Shown: piece by piece, positions 52,333-64,000 of the stretch
Layout of the letters: each line of letters opens with the position of its first letter
Position numbering within the stretch: position 1 is the stretch's first letter
NCBI GenBank assembly: GCA_951406725.2
Contig: OX597825.1
Span: forward strand, 58,528,001 to 58,592,000
Direction of reading: 5' to 3'
Length of the DNA stretch: 64,000 bases
DNA from: Octopus vulgaris
Taxonomy: Eukaryota
The notes under the pieces: model-generated
Database searches by the model: none
Told to the model about the DNA's origin: nothing
Seen by the model: only the letters and a program-made list of their open reading frames with translations
Translations under genes and position numbers: made by a program

Positions 52333-52814
52333 GTGTGTGTGTGCACATATATATGATGAGCTTCTTTTGGTTTCCCAGATTCCATTTCCAAATCCATTCT
52401 CAAGGCCTTGGGTAGCTCAGGGCTATGATACAAAACATGTTCCCCAGGTGCCATACAATGGAACTAAACCGAAGACAATGTGGTTGAGAACCAAACTTCT
52501 AACAATACAGCCATGCTGGCATCTATTAATATATCAGTAGTATATTTGCAGGAACACAACTTGTCCTTTTATGAAATGAATATCCTTTTTTAATATTTAT
52601 GTCTTGAAGTGTTATATTAATCAGTTAGTTTACACATCACTCATACATGTACACATTATTACACATATATAGAACCTAATATGAATATATTTTAGTGTCA
52701 GTACATACAAATTATATTGTTTCTCATATATATGTGTATGTATGTGTGTGTGTGTGTGTGTATAGAGAGATAAATAGATATAGATATACATGTATATATA
52801 CATATATATATTTA

Positions 52815-52888
<74 letters not shown>

Positions 52889-53710
52889 ATATCTATGTAT
52901 ATATATGTACATACATATATGCTATGTATATTTATATCTATGTATATATATATACATACATATATGCTTGTATATTTATATCTATGTATATATATGTACA
53001 TACATATATGCTTATATATTTATATCTATGTATATATATGTATATACATATATGCATGTATATATATATCTATGTATATATATGTATATACATATATGCA
53101 TGTATATTTATATCTATGTATATATACATACATATATGCATGTATATTTATATCTATGTATATATATATACATACATATATACATGTATATTTATACATA
53201 TGTATATATATATATATATATATACATACATACATGTCTGTATGTATGTACATAGCTATATGTGCATGCATGCATATATGTATGTACGTATATTGTATAT
53301 TCACCAGAAGACAAAGAGGAAAAAGATGAGGAAATGACAGGCCAAAGAAATCTCTGGACATCCATATCCGTCAAGTCATAAAACCTCCCACGATTCTCTT
53401 GATGTTGGTTACGTAAAAACAGAACATCCTGTTTTACATCTTTATATCTTCTGAGGCCTTATTGATTCCTGTATAAAACAGAACTGTTTGTACATAAATC
53501 TGATAACTATCACGATTACAGTACTTGCATGTGTGTGTGTGTGTTGGTGTAGGTGTGTGTGTGTGTGTTAGTGTGGGTGTATGTGTGTGTGTTGGTGTGT
53601 GTTGGTGTGGGGGTGTGTACATAAATCTATCTATATCTGTAAATGTACATGCACAGACAATTATAGACTCACATATACATACATGTATATATGCACACAC
53701 ACACACATAT

Positions 53711-53752
<42 letters not shown>

Positions 53753-53764
53753 ATATATATTTAT

Positions 53765-53921
53765 GGAGTGATTGATTGTGTGGTAAGTAGCTTGCTTATC
53801 AATCACATGGTTCTGGGTTCAGTACCATTGCATGGCACCTTAGGCAAGTGTCTTCTACTATAGCCTTGGGGCAACCAAAGCCCTGTGAGTGGATTTGGTA
53901 GACGGAAACTGAAAGAAGCCT

Positions 53922-53964
<43 letters not shown>

Positions 53965-54190
53965 ATGTATGTGTATGTTTGTGTGTCTGTGTTTTCCCAC
54001 CATTGCTTAACAACTGATCTTGGTGTCTTTACGTCCCCCATAATTTAGCAGTTCAACAAAAGAGACCAATAGAATAAGTACTAGGCTTACAAAGAATAAG
54101 CTCTGGGGTTGATTTGTTTGACTTAAGGCAGTGCTCCAGCAGCATGGCTGCAGTCAAATGACTGAAACAAATGAAAGAATAAAAGAATAT
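53765..54190 (+). mobile_element. SINE family A
   Basis: Full head, microsatellite and tail, similar to 45882-46288. Further copies at 21828, 28050(-), 37998, 49985, 50505(-), 52340(-) and 58445. Confidence 0.8.
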
Positions 54191-55078
54191 ATAATAATAA
54201 TAATGATGATAATAATTTCTTAAGTAACCGGAAGATGGATTTGGTATTAATCTTTATTTTGTACAACGGTCATTTTGACCCATCTTGCTACTGACCCTTA
54301 TGGGTCTCATCAGGTACATCCATAGCAAGATACAACTTTATCTATGGATGTATCCAATGAGACCCAGACTGCAGAATGGATATAACGCATGTTGAATGGA
54401 GTCCCACTCATAAGGGATATTGGCAGGATGGGTCAAAATGACCAATGTTCAAAATAAAGATTGATACTAAATCCATTTTCTGGTTACTTCAGAAATTATT
54501 ATTATCTCGACTAACATTGTGGAGTTCCTGAAGTAGACCTAAGAGGAATGTACTCCGACTGCAGTAGACACCAGGTAGCCCAAACTGTGCCAGTACTCTA
54601 CTAAACACTCTATCACATTAATCAACACATATGTAGGGAGATATATATATATATATATATACATATGGATATATATATATATATGCATATATGGGTACAG
54701 GACGTCACCAATGATGCAAATAACATGAAATATGTAAACAACAAGAAAGAAATGGAAAACAGGAAAGTAAACACAGAGAAAGAACCCTTCATCAGTTGTC
54801 GGTTGTCTATCTACTCCTCATTTCGTGAATACAATGCATCCATTTCCAAGTGAGTTTATATATATATATATATAACTACACATGGATTGTTGATGACTTT
54901 CCCTCCTTCTTTCTTTTCTTCTGGACTTTCATACGTCTCCTGTTTCCAAAGAAGAGCTTTGCTCAAAATGTAAAACAACCACTCTTTCTTTCATTCATTG
55001 AGTGTCTTATTAATACTTTGCATGTACCACATCCTCACATTGTTGTTTTTTATTATCTTTTTGTCTCCATTTTTTTAT

Positions 55079-55155
<77 letters not shown>

Positions 55156-55764
55156 ATGTGTGTGTTGTATTTCTGGATGATCATTTTTATTTTGCAAAAT
55201 ATACACACACACACTATATATTTTTTCATCACCCATTTATTATTGTTCTTATTTTATTATTCTATTATTTTAACTCATGTCCATTGTCCAGAAAACTTTC
55301 ATCACACATCTGTGACCTCTTTAGTGACACTTTTCATTTCTGTGTGTGTTCTTGCTCCACTTACTCTATTCTGTTCATCCAAGATGTGTATTCTTTTATA
55401 TATATGTGTGTGTGCATATGTATAGATATGTTTAAGGTGTGTGAATAAATTGATTTATCTCTATATGCATACATACATGTATCTGTGTGTATGTTTATGG
55501 TGTGTAAATAAATCTATACATATATATATGTATGTATAGATATTTCACTGATGTTTTTTCCTATCATGTCTGTAATGGATTTGTGACTATTTGGTGGTAC
55601 AGAAGTATTTTTTTACTTCTATCTTTAGCGATATAGGTACTCATGTAATACCCTTGTGTATATATGTACATATCTAATATTGTATATATATATTTTATTA
55701 ATTTGCCTGTATGGCTGATAATTCGCTTACCACTCGTGATGGTATTTTAATAATACCATCCCTA

Positions 55765-55807
<43 letters not shown>

Positions 55808-56705
55808 CCATTACTGTTATTTTATATATGTATATTACTTAACACTTTCTGTGATGTGTCTCGAGATCCACTCTTCCCTGCCAAAATTCTTTCAGATTCT
55901 CTCAAATATTCATAAAATCCTTATTAATATAAATAGCATACAATTCTCATTGGTATAAATGATATTTATAAAATGAATAGAGAACTTTGAGGTATTGCTT
56001 TGATCTAATGTTGTGTCTGCAGGAGATGTGGATTCATGTCCCACAGACAACCTTTGACTTTTTCTATCCAAAAGAAATTTTACAACCCAGTATTTATATG
56101 TTATTATTTATGGCTTTATCTGATGTACCTCAATATTTATTATTCAGAAAAACAAAAAAAATATTATTTCACGTTCTCTTGAAGGTTTATAAAACCCTTA
56201 TGACATCAACTATATATATATATATATATACCATGAAGCAGGATTACTTTGAATAGTTTTAGACTTCTTATTACAATAATTTCATAACCTTTTCTTCAAT
56301 CTTAACTAAATTTGACTATGTTAGGGGGACTAAATAGGTAAACTGATATAGGAAATAAAAGTAAGTTGCAGTCAATATTTGATTACTTTTTCCATATAAT
56401 TGTCACTTTTCACTTATGTTCAAAATTACTCTTGTTACATGATCCAAACTACAAGTTGATCCTAAAAAAAAAACCAAAAAAAAAAAAAAAACCAGAATAC
56501 GGTTTAAAGAATTAGACTTTGCAACAGAAAGAAAAACTAATTCTTGTTATCAAGCCATAATAAAAAAAAACAATAAATTTGTGGTTACACCTCATTAATT
56601 CTAAGGGTGAAATATTATCCATAAATAGGAAAAACATTTAAAAATCTTAAATACCTAACTTATATTGAGCACTATTAGTTTGAACTGTAGTAGCAGCTTG
56701 CTTAC

Positions 56706-57161
56706 TACTGGAAACAGTGTCTGGGTTACTTTGAGTAACCCCGCTGGATAATGAAAGCGGGGTGTTATACAAGTTTTTACAAAGATACCAAATTTAGAAA
56801 AACACTTCAATAGAAAATTATTAACAAGTTATATTAACATCATATTTTAACAAAACTTTGTATTTTTTATGCAAGATGTGCTTTAGCTACTGACAAAAGT
56901 ATTCATATCTTGCAAAAATGTTTATTTTGCTGAAATTTGAAGAAGTTGACAAATTCTTTCTTTGAGTGGATTATCAAAGTTATATTTACAAATTTTACTT
57001 TATGTATTGAAATTATACTATTATAGAAATATAATCCTAAAGTTTAACAACACATTTAAACAATTCTGTAAGAAATTTTACCAACAAGCAATAAGAGGAA
57101 ACAAAATATTATATTTTGTTCAAAGTTACCCCAGTATTCAAAGTAACCCCATTTCATGGTA
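56706..57161. mobile_element. Non-autonomous DNA transposon (MITE) with GGGTTACTTTGA termini
   Basis: GGGTTACTTTGAG at ~56723 and TTCAAAGTTACCCC/TTCAAAGTAACCCC at ~57119-57150. Confidence 0.55.
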
Positions 57162-57236
57162 TATGTATGATTTGTATAAACTTTTCTAGCAGTCTTCACT
57201 TAATGTTATATTGTGCAGTGTTTTCTTGAACACATA

Positions 57237-57267
<31 letters not shown>

Positions 57268-57269
57268 CT

Positions 57270-57902
57270 TTCAGGTCATTAAGAACGAAATGTCCAATTT
57301 TCTTATGCACCAGGTTTGACAGTTGTTAACTCTAATGTTTTATCCTGAAAATTCTTTGTTTGACAATACTGAAGTGTTATATCACCACTTTTTGAAATGC
57401 AATTCATGGTGTCTGATTATATTGTGAGTTTTCTCTTGTAAATCAATTTTTGTGAACCCATGAATAGATCAAAAATTCGTGTTGTCTAGGAATATGAGTT
57501 CTGTCATGGAACCAATGCATCCCAGACAGTTCAAAACATCAATGAGGTGTTTGTTAAAGATGTGGTGAATGAGCGCATTGTACGTCGATGGTCTGAGAAG
57601 TTCTGGTCTGGTGACTTTACTCTTGAAAATCAGCACCATGGTAGAAAGTGGATAGTGGATACATCTCAAACGTGAGTTTGCAGCAAGGTTTGATGTTTTG
57701 ATTCCAACTGTATTGGACCTTCTGAAACAAATCAGCAAGATAAAGAAGCTGGACAAATGGGTATCACACAAACTGAATAAGCATCAAATGACATGTTATC
57801 CTGAAACTTGCTGTTCTTTGCTATCATAGCACAAAAGTGAACCCTTTTTGCATCATACTGTTACATGTGATGAAAAATGGATTCTTTTCAACAATAGCAA
57901 GC
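57270..57902 (+). mobile_element. Mariner (Hsmar1/cecropia-like) 5' half, truncated at (TG)n
   Basis: From 57460: MNRSKIRVV*EYEFCHGTNASQTVQNINEVF...VRRWSEKFWSGDFTLEN...KKLDKWVSHKLN...TVTCDEKWILFNN. Confidence 0.85.
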
Positions 57903-58830
57903 TCTGTGTGTGTGTGTGTGAATACATATGTATATATGTATACATTTTCGAACACATATACTCAGTGTACATACTCTGCTTGTTCGTTGGCAGTCTTCAA
58001 ATTGGGGCAGTGGAGATGACTCCATCACTGTGTCAAATTGCAGGCTACCAGTGAACAAGCTAAGCAAAAAATGGGGGTAAGGGGGTCAATGATGCCATTG
58101 AGAAATAAGCCCCAAAATGCCACACATTCTCTCCTGATGGCCCCATAAACTTGGAGCTTTTAATTGGTAGCATCTGCAAGTTGTTTGCAAAATAATCATA
58201 TATATATGTGTGCCTCTATCTATCCATCTATCCACACACACATGTATGTATTTATTGAATGCAAGCAAGCTGAACCTTCAAAGTCACTATCAACCTTTTC
58301 CTTGCAAAATTTAAATAAACATATTTTTTACTAAAAAGTATTGAGTTGTCCTTTGATTTAATGTTAATTTGTTCATATATACATCTTGGCATAAAAACAA
58401 GTATTAATATATAGATATAAGAATAAATATAAATATAAATATGTTGTGGCATTGTGGTAAGAAGTTTGCTTCCTAGCCACATGGTTCCGGGTTCAGTCCC
58501 ACTGCATGGCAACTTGGGCATGTGTCTTCTACTATAGCTTTATGAGTAGACTTGGTTGATGGGAACTGAAAAAATTCCATCATGCATATATATGTATATG
58601 TCTTTCTAGTTGTGTTTATTCTCCACCACAACTTGATGACTAATGTTGGTTTGTTTATATTCCTGTAACTTAGCTGTTTGGCAAAAGTGACTGATAGAAT
58701 AATTGTCAGGCTTAAGAAATAAGCACTAGGGTTGATTTGTTTGGCTAAAGCCATCAAGGCAGTGGTCTAGTATGTTTGCAGTCCAATTATTGAAACAAGT
58801 AAATGATAAAGATATATCTATCTGTCTGTC

Positions 58831-58910
<80 letters not shown>

Positions 58911-58915
<5 letters not shown>

Positions 58916-59165
58916 AGGCACGTGGCTTAGTGGTTAGGGTGTCAGCACCATGATCGTAAGATTGTGGTTTCGATTCCTGGACCGGGCGATGCGTTGTGTT
59001 CTTGAGCAAAATACTTCATTTCACATTGCTCCAGTCCACTCAGCTGCTGAAAATGAGTAACGCTGCAACGGACTGGCATCCCATCCAGCTGGGGAACACA
59101 TACGCCACAGAAACTGGGAAACCAGGCCCATGAGCCTGGCTAGGCTTTAAAAGGGTGCATTTATT
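58911..59165 (+). mobile_element. SINE family C, well preserved
   Basis: GTGGAGGCACGTGGCTTAGTGGTTAGGG...GGTTTCGATTCC...ACGGACTGGCATCCCATCCAG. Other copies at 24580, 37490, 61231 and 62317. Confidence 0.8.
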
Positions 59166-60698
59166 ATTTATATATATGTGTGTGTGTGTGTGTGAGTTCT
59201 TAGTTGTTTTTGTTTTACTGATCACCAAATGATAAATATGATGAGCTGATCATTGCCAGGTTTTGAACAATCTCAAAACCTAGACAGTCAAGACCTAACA
59301 CTGTAAAATCGGTCAGTCTGCTATTTCCATACCATGCTTCCACTCAAAGAATGCCTTGGTTATCAAAGAGGTCTGTTATCAAAACGAGGAATCAAAGACT
59401 CTGTTATTAAAGTCAATCATTATCAAAGACAAAATTATGTGAAGAAATAATTGCTAAAATGACAAGGTTACATACCAATTCTGATAGCTGCTATTACCAA
59501 GAACAACCGAAAGGAACAAAGCAAGTGCTAATTATGTTTCGATTTCTTCCTTTAAGGAGAATTGAAATTGTCCAGATGGTCCAATAAGCTTCCAGTTACT
59601 TCCCATGACCAGTATTATTTATTCTTTACATGTATTCTTTACTCTTTGCTGGTTGGTCATCACAAAAGAAGACTTCTGATAACTATAATTTGAAATTTGT
59701 TCTCTGCCTTATAATTTCAAGCTATTATTACTGTTCATGGTGATGATGATGATGATGATGATAATTTGTAACCTAGAATCAAAGCCACAAATTTTCGAGA
59801 GGTGATGAACAGTCTATTAGACTGATCCCCTCATTATATGACTGGTACCTTATTTTGTCAGCCCTGGAAGGCTAAAAGTCCGAGTTAACTCTGACAGGGT
59901 TTGATCAATAATGATAATGATGATGATAATGACAATGTTCTGGAGTTGGGCACAAGGTCAGAAATTCTAAGAGGTGGGGTTTAGTTGATATCATTGACCC
60001 CAGTGTTTGACTGGTATTTTATTTTATGAACCCTGAGAGGATGTAAGGCAAAGTCAACATGATGAGGATTATGATGATGATGATCATCATCATCATTTCA
60101 AATTTACAAACAAAATCAACAATTTTAAGGAGAGGACTTAATCAATTAAATTGACCTCGCTACTTGACTGGTAATTTATTTTATTGACTCTGAGTGGATG
60201 AAAAGGCAGAGTTGGCCTTGGAAGGATTTGAACTCAGAATATAAAGAGTTAGAAGAAAATATTTTGAAACTATTTTTTCCAATGTTTTGATGGTTTAAAT
60301 AATAATAGTGATTTCTTAATTTGTCATGAGGACCAAGGATGGGATGTCACTAACATAATTTACAAAATACTGAGATCTTATAAAGTATTGAATGTGAGAA
60401 AGCAGACATAGAAAGTAACCTTATGGAAGAAAAAGAAAGGAAATGTCTCTCAAGATCTATCTGGCATGAAGCAGGTTGCTCTTATAGATTCAGGATTGCA
60501 TTTACTGCCAAGAGCAAGTGTCATCTCCCAGCTCTGTTCTTCACTGTAAAGGAGATTGCTGTGACAATACCTGGTCATTCATGTTATGCTCAGCACTCAT
60601 ATTTCAGCAAATTTACTTTAAAAAATGTATATTCCTTCTCTAACTTCACTTCCTTCTCCATGACTAACAGGAAAAAATTGGTGAGGGCAAGGCTAGAA

Positions 60699-60930
60699 AG
60701 GCAAGCTGGCAGAAATGTTAACATACCAGGCGAAATGTCTAGTGTTATATCGTCTGCCGTTACGTTCTGAGTTCAAATTTCGCCAAGGTCGACTTTGCCT
60801 TTCATCCTTTCATGGTCAATAAATTAAATACCAGTTACGCACTGGGGTCGATGTAATCGACTTAATCCCTTTGTCTGACATTGTTTGTCCCCTCTATGTT
60901 TAGCCCCTTCTGGGCAATAAAAAAGATAAG
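60699..60930 (+). mobile_element. SINE family B, near full length
   Basis: GGCAAGCTGGCAGAAATGTTAA...GAGTTCAAATTTCGCCAAGGTCGACTTTGCCTTTCATCCTTT...TTTAGCCCCTT. Degenerate - copies at 59780-60290. Confidence 0.8.
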
Positions 60931-60989
60931 AAAGGGAAGTGTTTGCTTTCAGTGCTTTTAGTTTTGTTTATCATTCAATTTCTTTCAAT

Positions 60990-62285
60990 ATGGCCACCAG
61001 AAATTGACTCACCTTCTTAATCAAAGGAAAATGGAACAGTGATCGCTCTGTGCACATCATAGACAAGCCTGGCTGAGAATACTTTCCTGTTTGTAGAGTT
61101 TTACCCCAAACTGGCAATACCATGTTTAAGACTTCTTGAAACTGGATTTCTTGGAATTGTTCATAATCCTTGGCATAAAAGTGCTTTCAGAAAGCTTATT
61201 CAATTAATCTTTGCCAACGCCATAAGTCAAGTAGAGACACTTGGCTTAGTGGTTAGGGTGTTAGACTCATGATCATAAGATTGTGGTTTCGATTCCTAAA
61301 CCAGGCAATGCATTGTGTTCTTGAGCAAAACACTTTATTTCACATTGCTCCAGTCCACTCAGCTGGTTAAGAGGAGTAATCCTGTGACAGACTGGTGTCC
61401 CATCCATGGAGGAACGTACACACCAGAGAAATCAGGAAACTGGTTCTATGCTCCTCATGAAGTAATGTCAACCAACCAACACCTTAAGTCTCCCTCAGAA
61501 CCTTGCTGTGCTTGCCTACCATTAATTGTCTTTATAAAGTAATGTCTAGAATTGTTCTACCAACATCTCACCAAATACATTTTCTAACTAGTAGAGAACT
61601 GAGAGTGTCTGGTAATGTTCTAGATGCCAGTTGCTCAATCTTGGTTTTCTCTTCATCCAGGATCACAGCTTCCTTAATGAGACAAGCTGTGTGAAGATAT
61701 ACAGGTCAAGTAACAACAACATATTCTCATGTACAGAAAATCTCGAGAGATGCTGTTGATTGGCTTCTTGCTGAAACATCTTCAACTACAGTCTACATTC
61801 CAACCCATCTACCAATCCTTCTACAAGAGTGTATTGGTAGCAGATGACCTTCTGACCAGTGGAACATGTTTCCACAAGAAGTAAAAGCAAAGATGCACCA
61901 ATTTGATCAGTTCGTAACTTGTATACAGCATGAATGATAGTGGGTAATGAATACCAGAATCGATGTATGTGTTTGCCACCTCAGCTTGACTTTCCAGGGA
62001 AAGCTTTCTTGCTGATCACTTCTTGGTGAGAGCAGTCACCCTCCTTGTAGTCTAGTCCCACTTCCTTTTCATTTTGAGAGCTAGCCCTGTCCTGATCCCA
62101 AGCATTTTAACAGCTCCGTTGATACAGAAACCCATGACACTGATTGGTGGGGTCTTGACTGGGGTAATGTGTGCTTCTATTACCCTTTCACAGTCTTTCA
62201 GTGTGGTGCCAACTCCTTGAATTTTGGTGCTGTTTGACAACATCAGGGTGGCCGTGTACACATAGGAAGGCCCTATATAGCTACA
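60990..62285 (-). pseudogene. Tx1/L1-clade LINE ORF2 remnant, interrupted by a family C SINE (61231-61460)
   Basis: Minus strand VKMLGI...W..TTRRVTALTKK*SARKLSLESQAEVANTYIDSGIHY...LIKLVHLCFYFLWK.VPLVRR resembles the WxxRxLSLxGRxxVxN post-RT region. Confidence 0.65.
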
Positions 62286-63879
62286 CTTACCTTTTCCAGT
62301 ATACTAATTAGTGTACTGGAGGCACATGGCCTAGTCATTAGATCAGCGGATTCACGGTCGAGGGCTCGCAGGTTCGAATCTTAGACCAGGCAATGTGTGT
62401 GTTTATGAGTGAAATACCTAAGCTCCATGCGGCTCCAGCAGAAGGTAATGGCAAACTTCTGCTGACTCTTTTGCCACAACTTTCTCTCACTCTTTCCTCC
62501 TGCATCTTGCAGCTCACCTATGACAGACCAGCGTCCCATCCAGGTGGGGAACCTATACACCAAAGAAACTGGCCCTTATGAGCCAGGCGTGGCTCGAGAA
62601 GGAACAAGCAACAATTAGTGTACTAACTTATTATATATGAGTGGCTGAAGGGTACTCCTTACATCCTACATTCTACTCCATACTTCCCATCTCCTGTAGG
62701 CTACTCCTTACTCCTTTTAACAAAACACTTCATTTAGAGTTCTTGTGAATTTCAAGATAATTTCTTAAAATAGTTATTAGTTTTCTTTGTTACATATAGT
62801 GTGTATGTATGTATACATGTATGCATCTCTGTATATGTATGTATATGAATATATGTGTATGTGTGTGTGTATGTATGTATATATGTATATATATATATAT
62901 GCATATACACACACACATACGTGTGCATGCTTTATGTGAATATAGTTAGTGTTGAAATAGGAGAAGAGACAATACAATATTTCTTTAATTACATCTGATC
63001 TATAATTAGTCAGCAAAAACATAATTATGAAAAAAAATCTCACAAAGACTGACTATCTAGCTGTTTTTAATTGTTTTTATTGATTTTCTTGGTGATAATT
63101 TCATATAAAACTGAAATTCTATATGCACACTTTCACAAATACATATACACACATACACATGCACACACATGCATACACACATATATCCTACACATACATA
63201 TCATACATACATATATGGCATACAAAAGCACTTGCACAAACACACACATGTGATGAAGTAGTTGGTGATACTCAGATTTTCTCATCACGTGCATTCAACC
63301 TCGATGCTGTCTGATTGAATGCACATGACATGAATCTCTTGAGGAGCAATATAATTGAACAGCAATTTCCTCCTTAATTACGATAAACTCTACAGCCGTT
63401 GTTGAGCATTACCACTCATTTGTAAACAAAAACATATATAAATACACACCAGTACACCTATTTGTCTTGCCATCCTTCCATCCATTCATCTATCTACCAG
63501 TCTAATCATGTCTCTCAGTCTATCTTTCTCTCTCTCTCTGGTCATCTCTCTATTTTCCTATCTAGCCATCCATCCATCCATTCATCATCCATCCGCTGTC
63601 TATCTATTTGTCTGTCTGTCTATCCATCCATACATCTGTCTGTCCATCTCTATAGGTATCTGTCTATATACATATATATGTATGCATGTGTTTGTGTGTG
63701 TGTGTCTGTGTGTGAGTGTAAGTGTGTGTGTTTATATATATTTATATACACACACACACACATTCATATATGTAAGTTTGTATACCTATATACATATATA
63801 TATATACAAACTTACATATATGAATATGTGTGTGTGTATATATATGTATATATAATATCTATATATATATATATATAAA

Positions 63880-64000
63880 TTCGATGACTTCCATCCGTGT
63901 TAGTGGAGTGCTAAGAACACCATCCAAGCGTGATCGTTACCAACGTCACCTTACTGGCACGTGAAAAAACATTTGAGTGAGGTTGTTGCCGGTGCCACTT
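63880..64000 (+). mobile_element. RTE 3' UTR fragment running off the window
   Basis: TAGTGGAGTGCTAAGAACACCATCCAAGCGTGATC matches 29823-29860. Confidence 0.7.

Noticed and set aside
58911-58990. tRNA-like sequences at SINE heads
   Set aside because: They are A/B-box-bearing heads of multi-copy SINEs without a complete cloverleaf; not called as tRNA genes.

Overview
This is AT-rich, repeat-saturated animal genomic DNA, not prokaryotic. The density of (TA)n/(CA)n/(TATG)n microsatellites and the SINE/RTE families suggest an octopus genome; this is inferred from recognising the repeats, not from a database search. Only one host coding segment is recognisable: a + strand exon (12941-13092) encoding the N-terminal helix region of a Cys-loop ligand-gated ion channel (nicotinic acetylcholine receptor-like), with canonical splice sites. 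No next exon was found in the following ~51 kb. The rest is intronic/intergenic mosaic. It contains at least three tRNA-type SINE families, RTE, R4/Dong-like, Tx1/L1-like and Penelope-like retroelement remnants, dead Tc1 and mariner transposons, MITEs and a Helentron-type HINE. Most interesting are (i) minimal hammerhead-ribozyme-like cores in Penelope-like terminal fragments and small fold-back elements, (ii) many perfect or long hairpins, (iii) a speculative chain of antisense exon-like segments, and (iv) a 23-24 bp periodic TAAATCC array. Almost all ORFs in the supplied track are microsatellite or repeat artefacts. Coordinates of degenerate repeats are approximate.
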